From Octopus sinensis (lineage: Eukaryota): a stretch of 64,000 bases of DNA. Below, piece by piece: positions 1-12,645 of the stretch; position 1 is the stretch's first letter; each line of letters begins with the position of its first letter. The position numbers were made by a program, and so were the translations under genes. Below the pieces are notes generated by a model that saw only the letters and a program-made list of their open reading frames with translations, made no database searches and was not told where the DNA came from. The DNA is taken from assembly GCF_006345805.1 (NCBI RefSeq), contig NC_043008.1, positions 45,074,001 to 45,138,000 of the forward strand, read 5' to 3'.

Positions 1-137
1 TATTCATAAAACGAAGTTTTTCAAGAATAATCAAATCCGTTTAAATATGTAATGTATATATAGATATATGTATATAGTTATATATATATATATGTATACA
101 CATATATGTATACACACACACACACATACACACACAC

Positions 138-198
<61 letters not shown>

Positions 199-233
199 AA
201 TAAATGGAGTTAAACGCAGGTGTTATTCAAATT

Positions 234-330
234 CTTTTACTCCGACGCATGTTTCGGAGACAATGCTGGTATTATTCCAATGGAATAAAATGGTGTAAAA
301 CAATGTAATCTTCTCTTCAGGAAAATAAAG
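234..330 (-). ncRNA. Hammerhead motif in Penelope terminal repeat
   Basis: Minus strand: ttttc CTGAAGA gaaga...tctcc GAAAC atgc GTC ggag; a core-mutated twin lies on plus at 2157-2254. Confidence 0.6.
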
Positions 331-1065
331 AAATAAAACAAACTCGTCAAGAAGACATTTTAACAGAATATGATGGATATGTATAATGATGAACGGAACG
401 CTATTAAGCTTTATTTTTAAACGTTAGGGGATATAACGTCAAAGGTAGCCTATAGAAAGTGGAGGGGTAAAGGAAAGAAGAAAGCAGAAACCAAATAAAT
501 GAGAAATATAGAACGATATGTGAATTAAATAAAAGCCTAAAGTCTTGGAAAAAATATATCTAGTGGAAGTGAAATCTAGGAAGAAAATCAATGTTCAAAT
601 TATATATAACGATAGATATCACTTATATGAACTAAAGGTATGTTTCTGCCAATGTTTACATCGATAAGCATGCTCTATAACCGTGTTTATAAGGGGATGT
701 TTAGAAAAAAGAATAAAAAATAGCTCACAATACAGAGTTGACAAAATCCTTTGCCTTTATCATATGGGAATGAAATAGAGAGAATCAACCAATCTACGTT
801 AAATTGTTTTTCATGGTCTTTTAGTTACCAAATTAATTTACTAAGCCCTGTACCGTTACGTTTATTACTATACCTAAATGTAAAGTAATGATTAGTATTT
901 CTTTTAGCTAACTGAGAAGAACTACCTATAAAAAAGACATCGGTACCTGAAGTAATTTTACACTGGTATATAGAGTTTCTAATCTTAGAATTACTAGACA
1001 TAAACTTAATTCTGTTGGAATTGACTCCAGAGACAATAACCTTGTTATTAATATTTCTAGTGGGA

Positions 1066-1569
1066 TAGTTAAGTTAAGTTAATTTTTTGGCTCAAAAAGC
1101 AAGGCCATGTAGGGGGACATGGAGTTATGTACAGGGTGGTGTTCATACAAAGAGTTCAGGCCATTTGTGGTCAAGGGAGACTTTGAACCGAGCGGTCGTC
1201 GGCATCTTCACTATCTCGTCCGGCAGCTTATTCCACAGATCCGCAACCCGGACGGAGAAAGCCCCTCTCCTTCGATTGAGATGAAATCGTCGCAGATAGA
1301 GCTTTTCGGAGTGACCCCGCATCCGACGTTCTGGAGCAGGAGTGAAGAACAGCTCTTTCGAGAGGTTACACTTTCCACTTACGATGTTGTAAGCAAGAAT
1401 GAGATCACCACGGCGTCGTCGTTTTTCTAGAGAATAAAGGTCGAGCGTCTTCAGCCTTTCTTCATAAGACAAATGCTTGAGACCAAGTACCATGCGGGTA
1501 GCCAGCATCTGGACTCTTTCGCGATGATGTATGTCTTTGAGGAGATAAGGAGAAGAGGTTTGAATCCCG
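1066..1569 (-). mobile_element. CR1/L2-type LINE 3' fragment nested in the Penelope relic
   Basis: ERVQMLATRMVLGLKHLSYEERLKTLDLYSLEKRRRRGDLI...FSVRVADLWNKLP; short-repeat tail; same family as 57325-57545. Confidence 0.88.
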
Positions 1570-2446
1570 TACTCCAATTAGCTAAATTAAAGTTAATATT
1601 AGTAAATGGATTCTTATTTGACAGACTAATATTGTGTGAAAAGATAATTTGTAAGAGATTTTTTGTGTTGGAAAAACCAATCCTAACCTTGTGCGAGTTG
1701 ATAATATAGTAATACCTAGAATTCTTTAGAAAATTTCTAATAATAGCTTCCCGAAACTGGAAAGGAAGATTAGATTTAATTTGCCTCCCATAAGGAATAA
1801 TCAACCAAACAGTTTTGCTATTAGCTGCCTTATTTTTAGTGTAACTATCTTTAAAAGACATCAATTTACCTTTAGAATGAAAAAAGGGGTTTAAATAACG
1901 GTTATCTCCCTTCCTCGGGTGTTGGCGTATAAATTAAAATTGATATCGTTTATATCCTTACAACTAGATTTCATGTCTCCATTACTAGAGGTAGAATAAG
2001 ATTGGATGGAATTAATGTAGGTACCTTTATCTGTAATAGCTGCTTTAAGTAAGGCAGAGTTACAAAATTCAGCCTTGTAACTCTATGTCAACATTAGATA
2101 ACTTAGACAAACTGAATGAAATATTCTTAACTAAGCTCTTAGTGATTGTTTTATTTCTTTATTTCCCCGAAGAGAAGATTACATTGTTTTACACCATTTT
2201 ATTCATTTCGGATAATACCAATATTGTCTTCGAAACATGTGACGGAAGAAAAAGAATTTGTATAACATCTGCGTTTAACTCCATTTATTTAAATATAATA
2301 CATAAAATATTTCACATAAACTCAGAGTTTCTACCTTCAAAAACAAGGTGTTACGCCCTTATTACTTGTTTGATTTTTTTGGCTGCTCTTTTTATCTATT
2401 TTCCGTGCTAATTGTAAACAAGGTAAAACACACACACCTATTTATA

Positions 2447-2502
<56 letters not shown>

Positions 2503-2641
2503 TTGTATATGTATATATATATATATATATTTGATATATATATGTATATATATGTATATATATGTACATATATATTTGTATATATATGTATATATATATA
2601 TACATATATATATATATACATGTATGCATATATGATATATA

Positions 2642-2672
<31 letters not shown>

Positions 2673-3646
2673 CGTATATGCATGTATATATATGTATGTA
2701 TAACGTGTGTATATATACGTGTATATATGTATGTATATATGTGTGTACGTATAAATACGTATAAATATATATGTATATATATTTGTATTTATATATAGGT
2801 ATGTATGTATATAAATGTATATATACTTGAATATATATATATATATATATTCATACGTGTCTATATATACGTGTATATATATATGTATATATATGCATAT
2901 GTATACGTGTATATATATATATGTATATATATATGTATACGTGTATATATATGTATACATATATATACGTGCATATATATATGTGTATATATATACACAC
3001 ACGCATATACAGACAAAAAAATTACACACACACACACACACTTGACAAGTTTCTGCTCAGTATCTGCCCGCCACATTTCACTCTCAATGAATTATTTCAC
3101 CGAAGTCGCTGATTGAGTTGGAAGAATAGTCTACAAGCTTTCTTCTGGACATTTGTTCTTTATCAAGTGTAAATCGAACTCAGTACCAAAATGAATTTAT
3201 TAATCGCACAGTCATACTTGTATCTATGAAAATATTTCGCATTGTACAAAAAGGAGAGAAGTGAAACTTGTTTTAGCATTATTACAATTATACAGACCAC
3301 GCACACATGCGTAGAAACATAACACAATAGACTTATTTTCGCTAGGTCCACGACCTATCTAATCAAAAAAACAAGCTACAGGTGTTTCGCACCTTGCATA
3401 TACACATAAACACTGACAAGCACAGACGGTCTTGCCCTATGATACACATATACACACACATCCACACGTAATCACCAACAGCAACACTTAGCCGAAGTGG
3501 TAGAAAGGTGACAAGAAGAAGCGAAGGAAAAGATCCTGTTTATTTCAAGTGACCTGGTTAACAGGTGTGTGTATGAGGCAGGTGAAGGCCGAAAGTATGT
3601 GCGTATATACTAATGCACACACACACACACACACACAACACACACA

Positions 3647-3690
<44 letters not shown>

Positions 3691-3895
3691 GCACACACAG
3701 AAGTTATATTTTGATGAGTGGTCGTTTCCTGTGAGCTAATAAAACGTTACCTCCGGCCAGACACACGGACGCATTAGGAAATAAAAGCAGCACATTTCGA
3801 ACAGTAAAAAAATGATCGTGGGTTCGGTTCCGTGTCAGCGGCTCATACACATATGTAGCTTGTGTGTGCATAAATGTGTATATGTATCTCTGTGT

Positions 3896-3928
<33 letters not shown>

Positions 3929-4062
3929 CATATATATGTATATATATATATTTCCGTTACGTTTGTTGCATTGTAGTTTTTGTGGTTTTAGAGCGATGGC
4001 TCTGTTTATATTTTACCTATAAAGCCACTTCATTGTTATCATTATTAATAATGGTAATGATG

Positions 4063-4107
<45 letters not shown>

Positions 4108-4420
4108 TATATATGTATATAATGTATATCTATATCTACAATGTGGATATATATATAAATAATGTGTGCATGTATATAATTATATATACAAATATAATTT
4201 ATATATAATGTATATATATATATATATATAGTGTATATATAATGTATAGATATATAGTGTATATATATAACGTGTTTATATATGTGTGTATATATGTAAT
4301 GTATATATATAATGTATATATAATATATATATATAATGTATATACATATATACATTATGTATATATAATATATATATATATATAATATATATATACATTA
4401 TGTATATATATATATTATAT

Positions 4421-4466
<46 letters not shown>

Positions 4467-4486
4467 TATATATATACATTATGTAT

Positions 4487-4548
<62 letters not shown>

Positions 4549-4574
4549 ATATATATAATGTGTATATTACTGCA

Positions 4575-5345
4575 TATCTCTGCAGCTTTCGCTCCGGGGA
4601 GTGGAGTCTTAGCTGTTTCAGCCTTTCTCAGTAGCTGAGCTGTTGTAGTGAGACGCTCTTCTTTGCGAAGCTTTGCTTATTGCATCAAAGTCCGCTGTTA
4701 ATTTTATACTGTGAGGTGACCATAGTCGGGAGCAGTAGCCCAGGCGGCTGAGGACGAATGTTCTTCCGAGGACCATCAGGTTTTCCTTCTCTCTGGTTCT
4801 GAAGCTTCTCAGGATGTAGCCAGCCATCCGTTTGCACTTTGACGCCATTTTGGTAATGTGCATTTGGAAAGGGGTATCATCACTCATGTCGAAACCCAGG
4901 TCCAGCACTGATTTAAGTTCTAGGATTGTAATCCCAGTGGACCAATGTACCCTGTAAGATTTACCTTCAGTTTGGAGTGCTGGTAGTGCAAGGCTTGGAA
5001 TTTACTAGCATTAAACAGCATATTATTGTTCTCAGCCTATCTGTAAATTGAGTCCGGGCAGCTGAGAGCATATCTGAGGGGGCCACTTTGAAAAGCAGTG
5101 TCCTAAGACAGTGCTCTGTGGAACACCACTCACTATTTGAGTTTTCTTTGAGATGGCTTCATTGGCCACCGCCGCCTGACTTCTCTCTTTCAGAAAGTCA
5201 TGTAACCACTCTCCAACTTTTCCAGCTATGCCAGAATCACGCAGTCTGTGGCATATCATACCATGCTCAACTTTATCAAAAGCTTTTGCAAGGTCAAGGT
5301 ATATTACGTTCACATTTGAGTTGTCAAGTAACTGAGTTTCCATGA
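4575..5345 (-). mobile_element. CR1-type LINE RT fragment, degenerate
   Basis: VIYLDLAKAFDKVEHG, SGVPQSTVLG and VLSRLGYCSRLWSP motifs with frameshifts. Confidence 0.85.
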
Positions 5346-5489
5346 GTACTGTATGTTTGTGTTGTTATAATTGTCCTGGTGGTGTGTGTGTGTGTGTGAA
5401 CAACTGTATGTGTATGCGAGGGTGAATATGTATGTGTGTGTAGGTTTATGTGGGTGTGTATGTGTGTATGAGTGTGTTGTATTTATCAG

Positions 5490-5662
5490 GGACCCCACCA
5501 CAAGACAGATACCATTTAGTGGTTACTTAGATATCTGTGCACAAAACAATTTCCTGGTTTTCCCACTACACTAATGCCCAGACAACACCACTGACCAAAC
5601 ACAGATAAATAAGGAAAATAATCTTATTCAAAAATACAGACCACAACTCAACACAACTCTAA
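5490..5662 (+). mobile_element. Penelope GIY-YIG C-terminal remnant
   Basis: RDPTTRQIPFSGYLDICA...KYRPQLN; similar to 29380-29690. Confidence 0.5.
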
Positions 5663-6383
5663 CATACTCCCAGGTACACACCCACAACAACCACATAGAG
5701 AAACACATACAGATACACACACACACACACACACACACAAATACAATGCAAACCTCTCACACAATCACACACACATACATATTCACACGCACAAACACAA
5801 TATCTCCACACTAGAGCACAAACCAACATACATTCCAAGAAAAACCACACACACATATATATATGCACTTGCAATACGATTCTAGCAATCGTAACCAACA
5901 CTCACTTGCGTAAACACGTACATGCACACACCTACACACGCCACCCTGACAATTACAAATCACACTCACACAAACACACCCACACATACACAGATACACG
6001 CACAAACACGCAAATACAACACAACTCCCCACAAACACAATATGGCCGTCCCTCGGTGAAAAATCACGCACACTCAAAAGAAAAAAAAACATACAAATAT
6101 ATACACACAATACAATCACAACAACCGCAACAAACACTCACAAACACACAGACATACACACATACACAATAACACACACCTCCCTGACAAATACAGGACA
6201 CATAGACACACTCGCACAAACACACCCACACGTATACACACACTACACTAACAATACAAACAAAACAAACTACTCACAAATACAGCACACACACACATGT
6301 GCACACACACACACGTGCACACACACACACGTGCACACACATACACATGTGCACACACTCCCGGAAACTACATAAACCATACC

Positions 6384-6419
<36 letters not shown>

Positions 6420-7163
6420 CATACTCTGTACCAACATGCGTAGAACGTATACGCACACATACATACCACCCGGATAAGCGCAACACATGGACGCACACAG
6501 AACCCCTGATAAATACACCACACTTACACACACACATACACACTCACACATACCAACACACACACATATATATGCATCCTCACACACACATACAGTTGCT
6601 CACATACACACACACACACACCACCAGGACAATTATAACAACACAAACGTACTCAGAGACACACACACACTCACGTACACACACATAACATCCTCACCAA
6701 CACAAAACACACAAACATACACACGCACACACACTCACGCGCACATACACACATGCGAACAAATACATACACACACATGCGCACACACAGCACCCTGACA
6801 ACTACAAATCACACACACACACACACAAACGCACACACATATACATAGACCATCCTGCCAAATATAAACACACACACATACACAGACCCATATACACTAA
6901 TGACACTCAGATAATTCTCAGAGAATTTTGATAAAATCATTTCAATATCCTGAATTGAGTTAATCGCATTGATAATGCATGGAACCAAGTGAGTTACAGA
7001 ACCATGAATTGAGCCTGGAGGAAACTTTGGCCAGACTTTGTACCAGAACAAGACTTTGAAGAGGTATGAGACAGCTACAAGTACAGCTGCCGTCGAGGAA
7101 ATTGCTATTGTTGATGATAGTGTCTCTACGGGAAAAACTATGGGCTTGGGTGTCCGTAATGCT

Positions 7164-8456
7164 ATAGATCCGTAATGCATCTTACGGCTGTGCCGGTCAC
7201 CTGCATGGTGAGGAATTCTACATTGGGGAGTGGTAACGACTAGGGTAGGGTAGCTGACTGCTTATTTATCGTCTAGTAAGGATATTTTTGACAAAAATTC
7301 CGACTATTACAATGTGACACTTAGTAAAGCTGGATACAAATAAAAATTGAAATATTATCCTCAAAATATGGGCGTCGGCACTTCCAATATCATAGATGTT
7401 TCCTATATTAGTAATGATTTTAAACAAATAGTCAGGAATATGGATAAGCACAAGATAGGTAAGGATGAATGTCCAAATGTAGAAAATGATATACAAAATA
7501 TGAGAACCAATGTATTACTTCAGTCTTCTAATCGTGCTCATACTATCAGGAATAACGAGATAAAAAAAAACAAACCCCTTACATATTCAATAATGCTCGA
7601 AAATTGGAAAATTATAATGCATCTCCTGGTAAAAACGACATTGTTTGGTTCATAATTCCATTCGCTAAGAAAATTAAGGGTAATTAGATTGGAACCTTAA
7701 ACAAACTTTTTTATAAACACTTTACAAAGGAAAATAGATATTGTGATGTTATTAACCCTAAGCTTCTTAGAATTGGTTATTCCGTATCTAATAATTTATT
7801 CGGGACTTAGTACGAGTTTAGTAAGACCTCCTTAACGGGGGCTTACTCCCACAATTTGGTCAGTTTTTGCTAAGCCAAGACGAATACAATTACAGCCTTG
7901 GAAGCTGTAGAGTCACCCGAGGATAGAATATGTGCGTTATTTGTAATTCAATGGTATAACAGTGTAAGAGTTTGCTTTGAGATATACTTAGATTGTGATT
8001 TTTGCTATGTGGTACATAAACTGTCAAGTAATGGAGAGGCATCTTTGCCTCCACTGATTCAGTTGCAGAGTGTTATTTCGAGTAAAGTTATTTGGTTGCA
8101 GACCTCCTTTGAATCTTTTTACTATCACTGGGTCAGAGATAGTCCTCAGATGGTAACATTGATTTCAAGGCCTTTCCAGATAAGTGATTGGTCATTCAAA
8201 GAGATTTATAGATTGCAAATTTATTTTGTTCAGTTACCTGTCGCCATAGTGATCACTGGCGAACTCCAGAGGTGACACTTCTATTTCCCCTTAGCTCTCA
8301 CGTCACACAGTTGTTAATGCTCATTTGAGTTGAGTCACACCCTTCCAATTGTTATAGATTCGTAATGCATCTTACGGCTATGCCGGTCATCTGTATGGTG
8401 AGAATTCCTACAATGCGGAGTGGTAACAACTAGGGTAGGGTAGCTGACTGCTTATT
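7164..8456. repeat. ~100-bp direct repeat pair (7164-7266 and 8354-8456) in a degenerate AT-rich retroelement-like region
   Basis: atagat.cgtaatgcatcttacggct.tgccggtca...gggtagggtagctgactgcttatt occurs twice with few mismatches. Confidence 0.75.
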
Positions 8457-9347
8457 GTGATCATTCGTCTTTTGGTTTCTTCTAGCTTTGTTCTCTTTTA
8501 CAAACCCAGTGAACAGTCATGCATTTCCGATTTCAAAGAAATTTGAACAATAGATATAAGACGTAAGTTAGAAAACACTCCCAACAATTCAACTTCTCTG
8601 GCTGATTTTAAGATCCCCCACCAATAGGCTCCTTAACTCCCACATTTTAGAGCTCCATGTCCTCCATCTGCTCCATTTTTCTGAAGCAAAAACATTTGAA
8701 TGATTTTATAAGATTTGGATTTTGGAATCTGGGTATAAAGATGAGTAGAATACGATAGATATGTAATGATTAGAATTTTTGTTAGGGTATGTAAAGAGGG
8801 AAAGAACCCCCATTAAAATTCTTAATCTCCAATTTTGATGAAATTCGAATCATAGCTATTCCAGTTCATTATAGAAAATATAAAAGAAAAGTAATTCTTC
8901 AATTCTGTGCGACATGGGCAACGCCGGGTTTCTCTGTTGGTATAACACATTACTTAAATGGTGCCTAGGGACATTATGTCTTCTACACGTGGCAACGTAT
9001 TGGTATTTTACTATAAATTTAGTTAAGCACGTTTCTCATAAATGCATCGTTGAAATTCTTATAATAATTTATAAAACTAAATTACTATCTTCATAGTAAT
9101 TACAACTTTAGTACATTTAGTTTTTATATAAGTTATCTATAAATAGTACCTGGTAATTTTAGATTTTGCTTTTTTTTTTACAAAGTTTATATTGACCGTT
9201 GATTTACGCACAAATATTGATGACGCAACACCATTATATGGTAATTAACTAGTAGTTTTGATACGTCATATTTTTGTGTTGTCTTCATAACTATTTGATG
9301 ACTGTTATCCTCCTCTCCCTCTTTCTTCCTCACTAGCTTTAATCTTA

Positions 9348-9378
<31 letters not shown>

Positions 9379-9475
9379 ATTCTCCCTATAACAGCTATTC
9401 CGCCCTAACTACCACACCACACCACCACCAATAAAAACGATCATGATTACATATGCACGCGCACAAATATATCAA

Positions 9476-9529
<54 letters not shown>

Positions 9530-9553
9530 TTGATATATTTAATATATATATTA

Positions 9554-9596
<43 letters not shown>

Positions 9597-9743
9597 ATAT
9601 AAAATAAATATAAGAGAGTGGTCACTATATTGATCACTCTAGCACCAGTTATCCAAAGGTTTCAACCACGAAAATACATGTTTCCCATGAAAGTCAAGTA
9701 CGACTGTTAGCTCCACGGACAGGCAATAAAATAAACAAAAATA

Positions 9744-9836
9744 CAGATTATTTTGGGACAATTGTTTCGCTATAATGAATTAAATGTAATATTACTTACA
9801 ATAATCCATTTGTAGCTCGTCAGCCAAGACTATCTG
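9744..9836 (-). ncRNA. Type I hammerhead ribozyme motif
   Basis: Reverse complement of ttgg-CTGACGA-gcta...tagc-GAAAC-aatt-GTC-ccaa. Confidence 0.85.
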
Positions 9837-10270
9837 GATGAAATCCACTCATCACACGCCAGATTTTACCATAACGATAAATACGCGTGTGGTTCAATTG
9901 ATTACAACCGACGTTATAATTCAAAGCCCCAACCAACAGCGCGCCAAAACTCTCACGGAAACAAATACAGCATTTAGAAATAAATGCAGCATAATTATAA
10001 TTAATTAATAAGGGTGAGAGAATTAGATACTAATTTAATAGTATATTTATTCCACACCAAGTGGCCTAGTGCTATGAGAAACCTGGATTATTATAATTTT
10101 ATAACATATTATAATATTTTCACAAAATAAATATAAGAGAGTGGTCACTATATTGATCACTCTAGCACCAGTTAATCCAAAAGGTTTCAACACGAAAATA
10201 CATGTTTCCCATGAAAGTCAAGTACGACTGTTAGCTCACACGGACAGGGCAAATAAAAATAACAAAAATA

Positions 10271-10361
10271 CAGATTATTTTAGGACAATTGTTTCGCTAT
10301 TAATGAGTAAATGTAATATTACTTACAATAATCCATTGTAGTCGTCAGCCAAGACTATCTG
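10271..10361 (-). ncRNA. Type I hammerhead motif, imperfect copy
   Basis: Same motif with a 1-nt deletion at the base of stem II and a stem I substitution. Confidence 0.65.
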
Positions 10362-10963
10362 GATGAAATCCACTCAATCACACGCCAGATTTTACATAAC
10401 GATAAATACGCGTGTGGTTCAATTGATTACAACGACGTTATAATTCAAATGCCCCAACCAACAGCGCGCCAAAACTCTCACGGAAACAAATACAGCATTT
10501 AGAAATAAATGCAGCATAATTATAATTAATTAATAAGGGTGAGAGAATTAGATACTAATTTAATAGTATATTTATTCCACACAAGTGGCCTAGTGCTATG
10601 AGAACCTGGATTATTATAATATTTTATAACATTTATAATTATTTCACAAAATAAATATAGAGAGTGGTCACTATATTGATCACTCTAGCACCAGTTAATC
10701 CAAAAGGTTTCAACCACGAAAATACATAGCACTAGGCCACTTGGTGTGGAATAAATATACTATTAAATTAGTATCTAATTCTCTCACCCTTATAATTAAT
10801 TATAATTATGCTGCATTTATTTCTAAATGCTGTATTGTTTCCGTGAGAGTTTTGGCGCGCTGTTGGTTGGGGCATTTGAATTATACGTCGGGTGTAATCA
10901 ATTGAACCACACGCGTATTTATCGTTATGGTAAAATCTGGCGTGTGATTGAGTGGATTTCATC

Positions 10964-11054
10964 CAGATAGTCTTGGCTGACGAGCTACAAATGGATTATG
11001 TAAGTAATATTACATTAATTATTAATAGCGAAACAATTGTCCCAAAATAATCTG
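10964..11054 (+). ncRNA. Type I hammerhead ribozyme motif
   Basis: cagatagtcttgg CTGACGA gcta...tagc GAAAC aatt GTC ccaaaataatctg; predicted cleavage after 11041. Confidence 0.87.
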
Positions 11055-11492
11055 TATTTTTGTTATTTTTATTTGCCCTGTCCGTGTGAGCTAACAGTCG
11101 TACTTGACTTTCATGGGAAACATGTATTTTCGTGGTTGAAACCTTTTGGATTAACTGGTGCTAGAGTGATCAATATAGTGACCACTCTCTTATATTTATT
11201 TTGTGAAAATATTATAATATGTTATAAAATATTATAATAATCCAGGTTTCTCATAGCACTAGGCCACTTGGTGTGGAATAAATATACTATTAAATTAGTA
11301 TCTAATTCTCTCACCCTATTAATTAATTATAATTATGCTGCATTTATTTCTAAATGCTGTTTATTTTTCCGTGAGAGTTTTGGCGCGCTGTTGGTTGGGG
11401 CATTTGAATTATAACGTCGGTTGTAATCAATTGAACCACACGCGTATTTATCGTTATGGTAAAATCTGGCGTGTGATTGAGTGGATTTCATC

Positions 11493-11584
11493 CAGATAGT
11501 CTTGGCTGACGAGCTACAATGGATTATTGTAAGTAATATTACATTTAATTCATTAATAGCGAAACAATTGTCCAAAATAATCTG
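11493..11584 (+). ncRNA. Type I hammerhead motif (one C missing after GTC)
   Basis: CTGACGA at 11506, GAAAC at 11561, GTC at 11570-11572. Confidence 0.75.
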
Positions 11585-12021
11585 TATTTTTGTTATTTTT
11601 ATTTGCCCTGTCCGTGTGAGCTAACAGTCGTACTTGACTTTCATGGGAAACATGTATTTTCGTGGTTGAAACCTTTTGGATTAACTGGTGCTAGAGTGAT
11701 CAATATAGTGACCACTCTCTTATATTTATTTTGTGAAAATATTATAATATGTTAAAATATTATAATAATCCAGGTTTCTCATAGCACTAGGCCACTTGGT
11801 GTGGAATAATATACTATTAAATTAGTATCTAATTCTCTCACCTTATATTAATTAATTATAATTATGCTGCATTTATTTCTAAATGCTGTATTTGTTTCCG
11901 TGAGAGTTTTGGCGCGCTGTTGGTTGGGGCATTTGAATTATAACGTCGGTTGTAATCAATTGAACCACACGCGTATTTATCGTTATGGTAAAATCTGGCG
12001 TGTGATTGAGTGGATTTCATC

Positions 12022-12114
12022 CAGATAGTCTTGGCTGACGAGCTACAAAGGATTATTGTAAGTAATATTACATTTAATTCTTAAATAGCGAAACAATTGT
12101 CCCAAAATAATCTG
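12022..12114 (+). ncRNA. Type I hammerhead ribozyme motif
   Basis: CTGACGA at 12035, GAAAC at 12090, GTC at 12099-12101. Confidence 0.87.
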
Positions 12115-12551
12115 TTTTTGTTATTTTTATTTGCCCTGTCCGTGTGTGAGCTAACAGTCGTACTTGACTTTCATGGGAAACATGTATTTTCGTGGTTGAA
12201 ACCTTTTGGATTAACTGGTGCTAGAGTGATCAATATAGTGACCACTCTCTTATATTTATTTTGTGAAAATATTATAATATGTTATAAAATATTATAATAA
12301 TCCAGGTTTCTCATAGCACTAGGCCACTTGGTGTGGAATAAATATACTATTAAATTAGTATCTAATTCTCTCACCCTTATTAATTAATTATAATTATGCT
12401 GCATTTATTTCTAAATGCTGTATTTGTTTCCGTGAAGTTTTGGCGCGCTGTTGTTGGGGCATTTGAATTATAACGTCGGTTGTAATCAATTGAACCACAC
12501 GCGTATTTATCGTTATGGTAAAATCTGGCGTGTGATTGAGTGGATTTCATC

Positions 12552-12645
12552 CAGATAGTCTTGGCTGACGAGCTACAAATGGATTATTGTAAGTAATATT
12601 ACATTTAATTCATTAATAGCGAAACAATTGTCCCAAAATAATCTG
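12552..12645 (+). ncRNA. Type I hammerhead ribozyme motif (cleanest copy)
   Basis: CTGACGA at 12565, long stem II, GAAAC at 12621, GTC at 12630-12632, stem I ttgg/ccaa plus cagat/atctg. Confidence 0.9.

Larger units (their letters stand above)
196..2300 (-). mobile_element. Degenerate Penelope-like element with inverted terminal repeats (about 196-345 and 2140-2295)
   Basis: ORF 1451-1864 (VWLIIPY...IINSHKVRIGFSNTKNLLQIIFSHN) resembles the Penelope RT-endonuclease linker; GIY-YIG-like remnant near 870-980; arms are reverse complements. Confidence 0.7.
2438..6900. repeat. Blocks of (TA)n, (CA)n and degenerate CA-rich low-complexity sequence (2438-3040, 3615-3690, 4060-4560, 5660-6900)
   Basis: Direct reading. 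Confidence 0.9.

Noticed and set aside
2438-6900. Many ORFs rich in YI, HT or CV repeats, here and throughout the window
   Set aside because: Translations of (TA)n, (CA)n and (TATC)n microsatellites; no coding signal
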